Program-made: the position numbers and the translations under genes | The notes under the pieces: generated by a model | Told to the model about the DNA's origin: nothing | Databases searched by the model: none | The model's input: only the letters and a program-made list of their open reading frames with translations | In this document: in pieces, positions 1 to 14,943 of the stretch | How the letters are laid out: the number at the start of each line of letters is the position of its first letter | How positions within the stretch are numbered: the stretch's first letter is position 1 | Source: the human T2T-CHM13v2.0 reference genome, Homo sapiens | DNA: 64,000 nt | Reading direction: 5' to 3' (one strand) | NCBI RefSeq assembly: GCF_009914755.1 | Contig: NC_060935.1

Positions 1-146
1 ATTATTTAGCCTGATCATAGAAAATACAATTTTTTTAATAATATAGAATATTCTGTAAACCAAATAATCATAAATTAAATCAAAAGGAAAATAGTAAATT
101 CCACAGTGTTAAAATACACACAAGATCTATATTATGATCTTAAAGT

Positions 147-235
147 CTTTTATACAGTATATATATGTGTTTATGTGTGTGTGTATATATGTATGTAGAT
201 AAAGATTCCATATATATATATATATATATGTATAT
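147..235. repeat. (TA)n/(TG)n microsatellite region
   Basis: TATATA and TGTGTG runs visible directly. Confidence 0.85.
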
Positions 236-699
236 GGCTTCTTCATCTATTTGATACTAAAAGTCCTATATAAATATTTTCTATATTGAGTATGTTTCTA
301 CCTAGGTTTTCTAGCATCTATTTTAACTTTTAACTTTACAATTTTGGTTCCTATACATTTGGTACATAGCTATTTATAAGGTTTAATTTTTCATTGCAAA
401 TTTTGATAGCATTAAGTTGTCACATTGAAAGTTGTTGATTTAAATTATACTGACTTTCTTATCAGATTCTCAGATCCTTCTTTCTTAATGTCTCCATCTT
501 TCTAGCATAATTTTGTCCTTCTCTTTACTTGCAGTCTTTCTGAATTATTTTGCTTTAGGTGTCTTTTTTTGTATACAGGACATAGCTGGGAATTATATTT
601 GAGCTTATAAAAATACTTTTTATCTTTTAATAGGTAAGTTAAGACATTTCACGTTTATTTTATAAATGGTGCATGAATTGAACATCTCTAATATAACTA

Positions 700-2920
<2,221 letters not shown>

Positions 2921-2924
2921 AAAA

Positions 2925-3385
2925 AGAATGGAAGATGGCCAAACAGATGCAACTGGAAAGCTCCGTTCCTGCTGAAAGAGACCAAAATATTGAGTAAACC
3001 ATATAGCTAACAGACACTATAAAGCAACTATACAATCAACTCTACAAAACAACCAGCTGACAGCATGATGACAGGATCAAAATCTCACATATCAATACAA
3101 ATCCTAAATGTAAATGATCTAAACTCCACAATTAAAAGGCACAGAGTGCCAAACTGAATAAAAAGACAAGACCCAAGTGTATTTGGTCTTGAGAGATCCA
3201 TCTCATATATAATGACATCCAAAGGCTCAAAGTAAAGGATGGAGAAAGATCTACCATGCAAATAAAAACAAAAAAATGCAGGAGCATCTATTCTTACATA
3301 AGATAAAAAAGACTTTAAACCAAAAACAATAAAGAAGAGCATTACAAAATGATAAAGGTTCAATTGAACAAGAAGGCTTAAGTAC
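2925..3385 (+). mobile_element. L1 fragment: ~75 nt of 5' UTR joined to the ORF1 end/ORF2 start
   Basis: ggaagatggcc 5'-end motif, then atgatgacaggatcaaaatctcacatatcaatac (ORF2 endonuclease N-terminus). Confidence 0.65.
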
Positions 3386-4150
3386 CATGGTACCATATCT
3401 ATGTATCCTTTACGTAATGATATTTCTCAGCCTGTTCTGTCTTGCTAATTATGGCTATACTGTAGTATATTTTTGTTGGTTCTATAGCTTTTGATTTTAA
3501 TAATTTTACATGTTTATTCATTTAATTATTTACATATTTCTTGAATATCTCTCATATCATCAGACTGTTTCTTATTCCTATAATGAATGAGAAGAACTAT
3601 CATTGGCATTCCCTTTTTGTAATTTACAAACTTGAAAAAAAGACCCAAATTCTGTTAGGAGTTTTACAGGGGAAATGTATGAGCCATTCTTGACATCTGA
3701 GACCTTGTCTAGTTCAGAAAGGTGGGAACTGGTGAAGGGAAAGTTTTATCCAGATGAAGGCAGGGAATAGAGAATTTTAGGCTGACACTGAGTTTTGAAT
3801 AAGGGCTATCTGGAAGGCAACTTGTCTGTGCTTTAATTTGACTCAGTTAGCTGGGTTTTCATGCTCATGTATTCTTTCACCTCTAGTACGCTTTGATAAC
3901 AATTTAAAAGAACATGCATCCTAAACAATATAATAAGAGACATTACATCTATTCAAATAAAATAGAAATGACAAATGTACATTATCAACACTTTAAAAAA
4001 TGATACAATAAATATATATCCAGGAGGTAAAATGAAGTAAAAGGTGATGAGATATGACTGATTTTCCCCATTAAGAAAGTAACCAGAATAGGAGCCTCCT
4101 CTGCTATTAGAATTCCCAAGGCCTTGGTCAGGTTTGTGACCTGTCCCTGA

Positions 4151-4644
4151 TTATTTAGATCCATGGCAAATGAAAGGTCTGAGAGGAAAATAGAAGATGC
4201 GTGAGAGGAAACTACAAATGAGGGAACTTTGGGCAACATTAACAAAGCTCACTACCCCACATTCATAATCCAGGAACACCCTTAGCCAGCCTTGGGGCCT
4301 TGGAACATAGTGAGGTAACAGTGGGGAGGTAGAGAAGAGACTGAAATGGTCATCCACTTTAAGACACAGGAGTAGAAAGATACCCTCAGAGTCAAGTCAC
4401 ATGTCATTCCTCTTTGTCCAGGCTTCTCTGCAAAGTCCTGTAACCCAATTACAAGAGTCTCTCACATCCACCTCCCAGTAATGTTTGCCAGAGCTGAGGA
4501 TCTGAGCTCCCCATGAAGAAGTATACTGTGTACTTGTTGGATTACAGGACATGTCTGTATCATCAAGGCTGCATTGCAAATGCCTCAGGTCTTCGAACAG
4601 AAGCTTGTGATTCCTGCATATCTTACGATCCAAGGTGATATACA
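4151..4644 (-). pseudogene. TRIM77BP: TRIM77BP last exon (PRY/SPRY) with internal TGA
   Basis: VYITLDRK...SSGKHYWEVDV...RNDM*LDSEG...VFLDYECG...HGSK-TAA, all in one frame. Confidence 0.9.
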
Positions 4645-5284
4645 CTGTAGCAAAAGAAAACAGTGAATGCAAAAAACAGTTTAACAGTTCAGAGGTACAG
4701 GTGCAGAGGCAGTCTGGCAAATGCTTAACAACCAATCCCTGAAAACAAACAAATAAACAAAAGCAACTGGTTTTGTTTATTAGGAATATTTCCACCTCAC
4801 TAAGGACAGTTTCAAGTTACCAACAATTTAATAATCAGTCAAAAAATTTCAAAACATTTAACAATTTGCTCTCATGAGTCAGTACTAACTGGCTCCAGAA
4901 CACCACTCTATCACGAGTGGCATACAGAGTATATCAGAGGAATTATGGAGACAGTTTAGCAACAGCTTCTTGCCCATTTGCAGGGCAAATGAATCTTTAA
5001 TCAAGCAACTAAGATGAAAGAAAATTTAGAGAAAACATAAAGATGTAGGATGTCAAGCTCTGATTTAATTTTTACTAGACTACTAAAAATTTGCCAGCTT
5101 ATTCATAAGATGCCAAGAAAACATCAAAATGGCCCTTTATTTAAGCCTCCTTATTAACCAATTTTCACAAAATAAAATAAACATACTAAAAATAATAAAA
5201 ATATTATTAATTATACTCAAGCTATGACATTGTTACCATTATTAGTCCTAAACAATACCACTTTGCCTAAGATGGGAGGGCTTC

Positions 5285-5318
5285 ACACTTGATCTTAGCC
5301 AAAAGGCCAAGAAGTAAT
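5285..5318 (-). pseudogene. 3'-truncated, tailless U2 snRNA retropseudogene (U2 nt 1-34)
   Basis: Reverse complement ATTACTTCTTGGCCTTTTGGCTAAGATCAAGTGT vs U2 ATCGCTTCTCGGCCTTTTGGCTAAGATCAAGTGT; flanking 12-bp direct repeat gagggcttcaca. Confidence 0.9.
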
Positions 5319-6046
5319 GAGGGCTTCACAACTTAAGCAAGCAAAAGTGAAATAAACTGAAAATCTATATGTGCCTTTTTAAAAAGGCGGTTTCTCTCCC
5401 AGAATTTCTGGTTTGGACACCATTAAATCAGAATTCTCTTCATCTCATCCCATGGCTGCCTCTCTTCTATATGCCAGACTCACCCTCCATTTCCATTTGT
5501 CTGTATAGCCCTCTACACAGTGAAGGGATTTTCTTTCAGACTACTTTGTTGTTGTACCTATTGTTTACAAACTTGTTTTTCTGCTTTTGAGAATCCTGTG
5601 GTTTTTCAAATGTATTCCTTAAAAACTTCAATCTTTAGGTAAACATTCGAATAACATTAAGATATTTCTAAGAATTGGATCATGTAAATATAACCAGAGT
5701 TGAAATGCTTTGAATGAATATGCAGTTTTATATGCTACACTGAAAAATGAATGCTTTATTTATAGCATTCCTCCAGGTCTTTTTTTGAGTGTTTTTTTTT
5801 TAAATCACTTAAAATAATCATGTTACGTACTGTATTTCTTATTTGTTTATTTATTCCAGACTTCAGTTAGCTTTTCCTGAATGTTTATTAACAGTTTTAA
5901 AATTGGTTATAAAGGTTTCCATATTTACCTGCTTGTTCACTGAAAATAATAATAGAGACAGAGAAGTGAATATAGACTAAAGTGAATATAGGTCACCCAT
6001 ATAAAAATACTTATGTTGGAAACATTAGTGCAGTTCACACTCTCAC

Positions 6047-6144
6047 CTCTGAAGAAGTTAAGCCTTTCTGACATCCCAGTGATGGTCCATGTACTGAGCT
6101 GTGGGTTCACAGGCTGAGGCATGGCCAGCCTCAGAAACTCATTC
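6047..6144 (-). pseudogene. TRIM77BP: TRIM77BP coding exon 5 (98 nt)
   Basis: tgcag|NEFLRLAMPQPVNPQLSTWTITGMSERLNFFR|gtgaga. Confidence 0.9.
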
Positions 6145-6851
6145 CTGCAAAGAAAAATACCTACTTTTTATTACCAGTCCCAAAGGAATCATTAGCAATC
6201 CACTAATAAGATGCTTGATCAGAATCCTCACAATTAGGTTGAAGAGTGTGACTTGAACTCAAGAACTAAGACATATTGCAATTGTAACTGTATTTTATGA
6301 TGTGCTCTGCTGCTTTTAACACCTCTATGCCAGTAAAGTATGTTATCTCAGTCATAATTATATCAGTTCTCACCTTTGCAGCTTCCCTAGGTGAGCCATG
6401 CAGAAATACTAATTTAATTTCTGAAATCTGATAGCTGTCAAATTTTTGGAACATGCCACCTGCTACATATGGAGCCTCAGCTCTATACTACATTCCTTCT
6501 TGGTGATGTTCCCTTTCTCCTATTTTCACCATCTCTCCATCAGCTGCCTCTCTGAGATTATTTGCCTTTCCCATTGACAACCTGGAATAACCTTCAAATA
6601 ATTAGGATGTAGAAAATTAGAGGCAGGAAAAATAGTTGTCTTATTGAAACTTCTTTCTACATTAGGCCTTGCAATTAAAACTGCTTCCCATCCTTCACTT
6701 TCATCTGAAGTAGTCAATATACAAAGCCTGGATGACCTTTGAAAAGAAAGGAATAAATACAGACAGAAATTCCTCACTAAAAGTCGATCCCAGCAGAAAC
6801 AGCCTTATTATTGTCACAATTACCAGGACTTGGATAGAGGGGCAAACTTAC

Positions 6852-6874
6852 CTTTTCGTTATGTCTCCCAAATC
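6852..6874 (-). pseudogene. TRIM77BP: TRIM77BP coding exon 4 (23 nt)
   Basis: tatag|GAT TTG GGA GAC ATA ACG AAA AG|gtaagt; 23-nt exon typical of TRIM-SPRY genes. Confidence 0.85.
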
Positions 6875-7609
6875 CTATAAAGAGAGAGAGGATTGCTTAG
6901 TTTGCAGCACAAAATGGTTCTCTCAATATATCCTAGACATGCAGTCTGAGGATATGCACTGAATTGGAAAACTTAATGTCTTCCACTTTCCTTCTTTGGA
7001 TAAAGGCATTTTTTCATTTTCTTTTTCTTTATAAATATGAAACCCAGTCTGACATCTACATATAGCTGATAAAATTACACTCTTGATGAAACATAGTCAG
7101 ATGGACTGAGGTTGAACAAATGGGAAGAGGAAGGGAAGACATTCTGCTGTACAAACATCTGCAACAAGATTGACAGAGGTCCCCACAAAGTTCTTATAAG
7201 GATGTGTGGGGCCCAAATTTAGGACTTTAAAACTAAAAGAGTAAATAAATTTCATAAATCTCACACTTTCACATATTGACACATCCTTATACAAAACTGA
7301 ATCATGTATTCACGAGCTGCTCTGTTGCAACTACTAAGAATCAGTGGGTGTAGTAAGATAATTTTAGAAGAGAATTTTCCTGAATTTGTTACTAGAACCT
7401 TTCCAAATAGTTTTCCTTCTCCTCTATGGGACAAGAAAGAGTGAGACTGGGTCTACAGAGGAGTGAAACCTGTCACCATAAGGTCAGGAGAGGCAGAATC
7501 TGAATATTTGGAACCGGAAAAGTAATATAGATCAAAAAGGATATAGACTCTAGCGATACGATTCCCAAGCAGGGTGGTGTTCAGCACCCTGACCTCCTTC
7601 AGTTTTTAC

Positions 7610-7840
7610 CTGAGACAGGTTCACATCTGCTTTACAGCTCATTTCCTTCAGTTTCTCATACATTTCTCTCAGGAGTACACCCATCTTAGCCATTTTAGTT
7701 TGACTTCTCTTGAGTTGCTGAAAAACTAACCTGCCTTCTCTTGCCAGGCTCTCTAAGTGCTTTTTCTCTTCTTCACGGAGGTATTGACACACCTTAGGAT
7801 ATTCAGCGCTAATCATCATGCTCTGCAAATTTATAAAAAC
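7610..7840 (-). pseudogene. TRIM77BP: TRIM77BP coding exon 3 (231 nt, coiled coil)
   Basis: tacag|VFINLQSMMISAEYPK...ADVNLSQ|gtaaaa. Confidence 0.9.
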
Positions 7841-8531
7841 CTGTAGTGATATTTGATTAATTAAATCATGTGTCTAAGTGGTTTTATTCTTTCCTTATCA
7901 GCTATTCTGCTTTGTTTCATGTTTTGTGCTATTCTATTAAATATAGTTTAATGCCTTTCCACTTCAAATACAGTATAAATCTTCCTTTCTTCCTCCTTCC
8001 CTTCCTTCCTTCCATTTCCCTGCATCACTCTACCTACTTTCCCTCAAACCTCCATATTTACTTTTTAAAAATAAAGATAATAAAGATAAATTAAGATCAA
8101 ATTTATGTTGTCTTATATAATGTTCTAACCTCTTCATCATTATACCTAAATTTTATTCCATTTTTCTCAATACTCCTACTCATAACAATTTACTTCCTCA
8201 GGAAAATAGAGAACATAAGATATTGCTGCATCTTTCTAAAGTACCTCCATTTCCAAAACACTCGGTGTTTTCACCAGTGTTTGGCTATGCTTGCCTATTA
8301 CCCAAGACTACACATCTCTATCCACCCCTTGTCTAGATTACTTTCTTACAATGTTCATTCTTTCCTTCTGCCTGCCTCTGTCTTCCTGTCTCTGTCCCTA
8401 TTGTTTGCCTACTCTCTCTTTCTGGCTCCATTTCTCTGTCTCATTCTTTCCCTGGCTTGTCTTTGATTTTCTCTGTCTCTGTCTTTCTGTCACTGTGTCT
8501 TTATTTCCCCTATCTCTCTTTCACTCAATTA

Positions 8532-9005
<474 letters not shown>

Positions 9006-10501
9006 CTCAATTACTTTTTCACACAGTTTTTCCCTTCTTTCCACATCACCTTTAAATACGTGCAAATTTTGCAAATTACTTTGGAAAAAAAATTAAAATA
9101 TTCTTGTCCCAATTACCTCATCTAGCTTCTCTTGCTAAAACATTTCTATCCTTATCAAAGGTAAATTTATTAATCAAATGTGATCAAACTTGCTGTGCTC
9201 ATGTGTGTGATTAAAGACCCCTTTACCTTTATTCCCTACTCTTTCCTGAACCAAACATTACAACTTACCAAGAACTTCTTTTTTCTAAATCCAAATATTA
9301 TGCTTTAGTCCTAGAATTCTTTACCTTCCTTCTGCATTTGACACCATTTTCTACTTATTCCTTTTAACCATACCTTGGTTTTCCTGCCACAGAAAAATAC
9401 ATTCTTACAAAGCCACTGATTCATTTCTTCTGCACCTTCTTATCCCTGAAAATGGGTTCTTCTTGGCCAGCATACATTCTACAAACCTGGATTCTTTGTA
9501 TCCATTCTCTGCTTTATTTTTCCCTGAAGCACTTCACGAACATTATTTATTATAAAGTTTACATTTTAATTTGTAGATTGAATTCCCCCACTAGATTATA
9601 GACTCCTAGGGTAAGTGATCTATTTCTTCTTTTGTCCACTTCTGTATCATTTTGTTGGGCTACAGCAGTGAGCAACACATGATAGGACCTCAAGAGAATG
9701 CAGGACTCCTCAGAAAATCCATCTGAAATGATCAACAAGATTTTTTTGTTCCCCTTTGGCATTCTCACAGTATCATGTATCAATTATTATTATTCTCTAC
9801 TGGTCCCTGTTTATATGTCCCCTTCAGAAGTGCTTGAGATCTTTGAGAATAAAAATGTTGTTTAATTTACTTATTCAGTTTTAGGTACTTAATTCATATT
9901 TGTGAATGGATTATATAATCCTAATTTCTTACCTAAGCATTCACATTCTAGACCTGGCCATAAGTACATTTATAGCCATATCTCTCATCACTGCCTGACT
10001 CTTTTTCATGAATTAATCAAGAGGAGTTACTCACATGTCCAAATAATTTTACTGCTTTTCTAACTTTCAGCTTTCTTATTCCTAAAATCTTCCAACATTA
10101 TCATCGGTAAATTTCTAAATTTTACTAATACATTAGCATCAGATTGATTTTCACCTAGAAGCTATTTTTTTTTAGCATTTCATGTCTGTTAAGCTGCTGT
10201 AGAACCACATTTTTACCTTCATTCTAGTGATCTTGCATGCCATTTTTAGCACATTTCTTGTCACTGCTGATGTATTATTGGTAGATACTGCTTTATTCAC
10301 AAAAATCAGGATATTTTTAGTTATATATTGGATTCAACATGAAATCTCACACTAAAGATTAAGTTACATTGTAGAGAAACACATGTAGGTCCTTTTTCTG
10401 ATCATCCTATTCAGGGGACATATGGTTAACTCAAGTTCTTCTCCCACAAGTCACATTTTCTATTCCAAACTGGTTCTGAGAGAAATTAGCTTACTGCTTA
10501 C

Positions 10502-10597
10502 ATCCCATGTTCCAATTATGTTGGTCTCTCTGTTTAGATTTCTTTGATTTTTCTGTTTTTTTTTCCAGATGGACTTCATTTGAATCAGGAGTTTCTT
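10502..10597 (-). pseudogene. TRIM77BP: TRIM77BP coding exon 2 (96 nt, coiled coil)
   Basis: ttcag|KKLLIQMKSIWKKKQKNQRNLNRETNIIGTWD|gtaagc. Confidence 0.9.
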
Positions 10598-11297
10598 CTG
10601 AAAAACAAAACTATAAATTTGAGCACTAGAAAAGAAAATATAGTATATTTCAGATACTTCCAAAAGAGGTACAGACATGGGACAAGTAAAGAGTGCAGAA
10701 TGCAGACATGCAGGGGCTTTTCTTAAGGGCACTGATTATCAAGTCTGAGAGGTCAATGAAACCAAAGGTAGAATTCCCAAATTTAGAAAACAAGACCCAT
10801 TATCTTAGAAGTCTGGCACTGAAACTGATACAACCTTGCCAATTTTCAGAAGTCACTCTTATTTTATATTTAATTTTAAAATGCTAGCCCTCAACTTATC
10901 TACAGTACTATTGGAGCATACTGACCAGTATTTATTAGAATTTTCTATAATAGATTCACTGCAATCATGACTGTGTTAGCCAATGACTATCATGGAAACT
11001 AGTGATTAATATAGAGCTTCTTACACTGAAATACCAGAACCCTAATGTTCATCAACTTTATCATCATTATTCTCCCTCAACCCAAGAGAATTTAAATTTC
11101 AGGTGAGCAGGGATGTTTGGTTTCTTCAGTGCTTTATCTTAGTGTCTAGAACAGTGTCTAATTTATGGTCATAAGCAATTCTGTTTGTTTATTGCATAAA
11201 ATTATTAATAATGATGATGATAAGTATATCTTTCCTTATTACCTGTAGGATTCAGGGTTCTTCATATTTCAAAGTCCAATCAGTAGCATTTACTTAC

Positions 11298-11712
11298 CCT
11301 ATAGTATTCATCAGCCTCCTTTGTCATATAGTGTTTGTGAGTAGCATGCCTTGGGGATTGAGAGCAGAGAAAACACAGCAGGCTCCTATCAGTTTCACAG
11401 ATGAGGTTCTTGATTTCCTGGTGTCTCCTACAGATCAGCATGGCAGAGCTTGATAACTGGCAGGAGACTGATTCTCTTGTAGGAATAACTTGTTTCTCAG
11501 CAAAAGTAATGCGTTTGAAGTACATTTGCTGTGATATTTCCCTGCGCCCAGGGCAGCAATTAGGAGTTAGTGGATCTTCCCACAAGAGGCAGAGACAGGG
11601 ACTACAAAATCTGTGCCCACAGCCAATGGTGACAGGGTCTGTCAAATAGACTGTGCAGATCGAGCAGGTGAGCTCACTGGTAGAACACTGTGTGATAGCA
11701 GAAGCCATGTTT
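11298..11712 (-). pseudogene. TRIM77BP: TRIM77BP coding exon 1 (RING + B-box2)
   Basis: ctcag|AAAC ATG (ATG 11708-11706) ... YYR|gtaagt; B-box CRRH..C..D..CFLC..H..H. Confidence 0.9.
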
Positions 11713-12084
11713 CTGAGAAAATAAAAGGAAAGTGTCATTCTTTCCCCCAAGGCATATGAAAGGAGCTTAAGACCTTTTTTACTAATTTGTGTATGCACTA
11801 TAGCATGACAGGCCATGTTTTCTGAAAGACTAAAATAGGATGGAGAGACACAAACAGTGCAACAGATTGATCACATGCCCTCTTTCTTGACAACCTTGGC
11901 CTATAGCACTATTTTCCAGTTCCCTAATAGAAATCCAATATTTTTCATATCTGTTATCTCTTCTACAAAAACATAAAAATCACAGGTCCTGGGCTCATCT
12001 GTAGCCGCAGGCAGTGGATCATTATTTTGTCCAAAGCTATCAAGATTTCCCCCTTTTTTTCTCTCTCTTTGATTGGTCATCATA

Positions 12085-12370
12085 AGACATGTACTCCAAT
12101 TCTGGCTAAGAGAACAAGAAAGTAGACTCGTAGAAGAATTCTGTAAAAGGTGTTCTTGCTACAGAAGAGACACATAGAAGAAACAATTGCTTTTTCTGCC
12201 TCTGGACATTATTTGGATGCAATATTTGCTTGTGTAACCATTTTGTGGGCTCATAGTGAACTAATCTAAGACAAAAGCCAATACTCTAAGGAAAACAGAA
12301 AGGTGGAAAGAACCTGCATCCTTAATAATACAAAAGAACACTAACTACATAATTCTGGAGAGGCCAACTA
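12085..12370 (+). mobile_element. MLT1-type MaLR LTR fragment
   Basis: ccaattctggc...ttctgcctctggacatt...ccattttgtg...gaaagaacctg motifs. Confidence 0.5.
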
Positions 12371-13374
12371 ATGCAATAGAAGGAATGGTGGACAATCCTC
12401 ATTTTACAGATGCCATAAAAATAACTGAATCAGGCAAGAATCATTAATGGATAATAAAATAACTAAGTCATAGATTTTGTGAAAGAGCCTATTTACATAT
12501 CATCAAAGTTCTACCCCACATTAGCTCTATCCACAGTGTTATTGAGGCATAATAGATAAGTGAAAGTATATAATTTAATGTACACAGAGGTAGATGACTA
12601 AGGACACAAAACACCTCTGTAGTATTTTTGCCAAAAACATTTTACCTGCATGTAACCATGGGAGGAAATTAGATAAATGCATTTGAAAAACACTATGCAA
12701 AAAATAAGGCTGGCCTACTAAAAATAATTTTAATTTCTAAGGAGAAAATGTCTGGAAACAGCTATATAGCAAAGATAACTAAAAGAAATAAAAAATCTAA
12801 CTCTGATGTAACTATAGTATCGTTGATTTGTACCTGGTTTGAAAAAAGTAACAGCCATTAGGACATTATTAGGACATTCAGGGATTTCATAAAACCTAAT
12901 AGAGTCTTATGGTTGCAGCTCAGAAATGGAGAAGGATGAAAATACTATTGCCGCCTCCCTGCAAGAAAAAAAGTGCGAGAGAAACTAAAGATTAATGAGG
13001 TTTAGTTTGTTTGTTTGTTTTGTAAACCGTTAGAGAACAGAGGTAACAAGACAACTCAATCAGTTCTGGATAGAGACAGGTACAGCACTGAGAAAAACAG
13101 GACCCATGCATATGTTTATCTGGGGCAGATTCTACCAAAGTCCACAAAAACAGAAAATAAACCAAATGGTTTTAATTTACTGCTAAAAATCAAAGCTGGG
13201 CTAGAGTGAGCGTGCAAAGACCCTTAGGGTCGCAGACATAGAAGAATCCTCACCCAAAGGGCAGACCTTTCCAACAGAAATGCCAAGAGGCTCTCACAGG
13301 GAAAACCAGGAAGAATCAAGAGAAATTTTCCCTTCTTGTGGTACTGGCTGGCAGAGAAAAATGGCAGCAAACAC

Positions 13375-13812
13375 ATGAAATCAACCAAAATATCCGTCAA
13401 TGATAGACCAGGTCAAGAAAATGTGGTACATATACACCATGGAATACTACACAGCCATGAAAAGGAACGAGACAATGTCCTTCACAGGGACATGGGTGGA
13501 GTTGAAAGCCATTATCCTCAGCAAACTGCAGGATACAGAAAACCAAACACCACATGTTCTCACTTATAAGTGGAAGCTGAGTGATGAAAACACATGAATA
13601 CATGGTGGGGGACAACACACACTGGGGTCTGTCAAGGGTAGGGGGTGAAAGGAGGGAAAGCATCAGGAAGAATAGCTAATAAATGCTGGGCTTAATGCCT
13701 TGGTGATGGGATGATCTGTGCAGCAAACCACCATGGCACACGTTTACCTATGTAACAAACCTGCACATCCTGCACATGTACTTCTTAACTTAAATGTTGA
13801 AGAAGAAAAAAT
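13375..13812 (+). mobile_element. L1PA (older, ~PA13-16) 3' end
   Basis: aaaatgtggtacatatacaccatggaatac...tatgtaacaaacctgcacatcctgcacatg + A-rich tail. Confidence 0.88.
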
Positions 13813-14774
13813 ACATTTTAAAACATCTTTTAATTCCTAGAAGCTTTGCTCACCATGCATTTTCCCCAAGCACTATATTAAAACTGAAAGTGATTTCACA
13901 TCAGATCTCTTTCTTCCAGTCTTTGCCTTTCTCAATAAACATAAAAGAACCCTTTCCAGTGAATCTGATGAAATTTTAATTTTCTTAATGTTTCTCCCAC
14001 TGAAACACAACATTTAAAATAATTTATACCAACTATGTTAATGAATATTAACATAATAGTGACAAAGACTAGTTATGTATCATGGATTAAAATAATATAA
14101 TGCAATTTATTTTTATGTTATTTTTCATTTTGAAAGTTTTTACAAGTAGCAAAAATATATGTGCACAGTTGAATTGGGAGAATAAAAGTAGACAGGTATC
14201 TGTATAATAACCACAGGCTTTTTAATTAACAATAACAAAACTTTTTAACATAAAAAGTCCAGAACCTGTTAAGGCACTCAGGAGGGGGGTCTCCAGGTGC
14301 AGAGAGTGGTTCTCATTCCAGTTCTACTCCTTTAAAAGATTTCTGGATAACCACTGCCACCATCAAGGTGACCACAAATGGGGCTTTTCCACATTAATAT
14401 GCTTGTTGAACTCAGCTTCAATCTATTCTGAAACATAGGAAAGAGATGCAACTGGACCTTTGGTTAAAGGCTTTATTAAAGGCTCAGTGAAAACTACGGA
14501 GAAAGAAAAGCAAACAGTAACCAGAAGTCAGGTAGCCTAGTTCATGAAGCTCACTTTTCTCACCTTACAGTTGGTGCTTCTCCTCAAGGAACCTCCTTTG
14601 TCTTATCCTGCCTGCCCCACCACACAGAACTGATGCTTTGTAGCTGCCTGCACTGTCCAGATCCAGGAAGAGGAGGAGATGGGAGAGGGCTAAAGTCTTC
14701 ATTACCAGCTGTGCTTTGTTTGCTCTCTGAGAAGGGATCCTTCTCAGATTAACAGCCAGGCTAATGAGTTAGCC

Positions 14775-14943
14775 TAGCTGGTGCATCAGTATCACCTGGA
14801 AAGCTTCTGAGGCCACAGATTGCTGGGGATTACCCATGGCTATTCTTCATTCAGTAGGTCTGGGGTGGGGCCAGAGAGTTTGAGTGTTAGGCAACTTATA
14901 AGAGGTTGCTGCTTGTCCCTGAACCATACTTTGAGAATCTCTG
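14775..14943. mobile_element. MER5A-like hAT-Charlie element
   Basis: gcatcagtatcacctgg...ttcagtaggtctggggtgggg...ccatactttgagaa. Confidence 0.7.

Noticed and set aside
2925-3070. Possible spliced L1 insertion (5'UTR joined to ORF1 end)
   Set aside because: Junction does not coincide with an evident GT-AG pair; a simple deletion is more parsimonious
11709-11816. N-terminal extension of the 178-aa TRIM ORF
   Set aside because: Lies upstream of the acceptor at 11713-11714, so it is mostly intronic; the true start is ATG 11708
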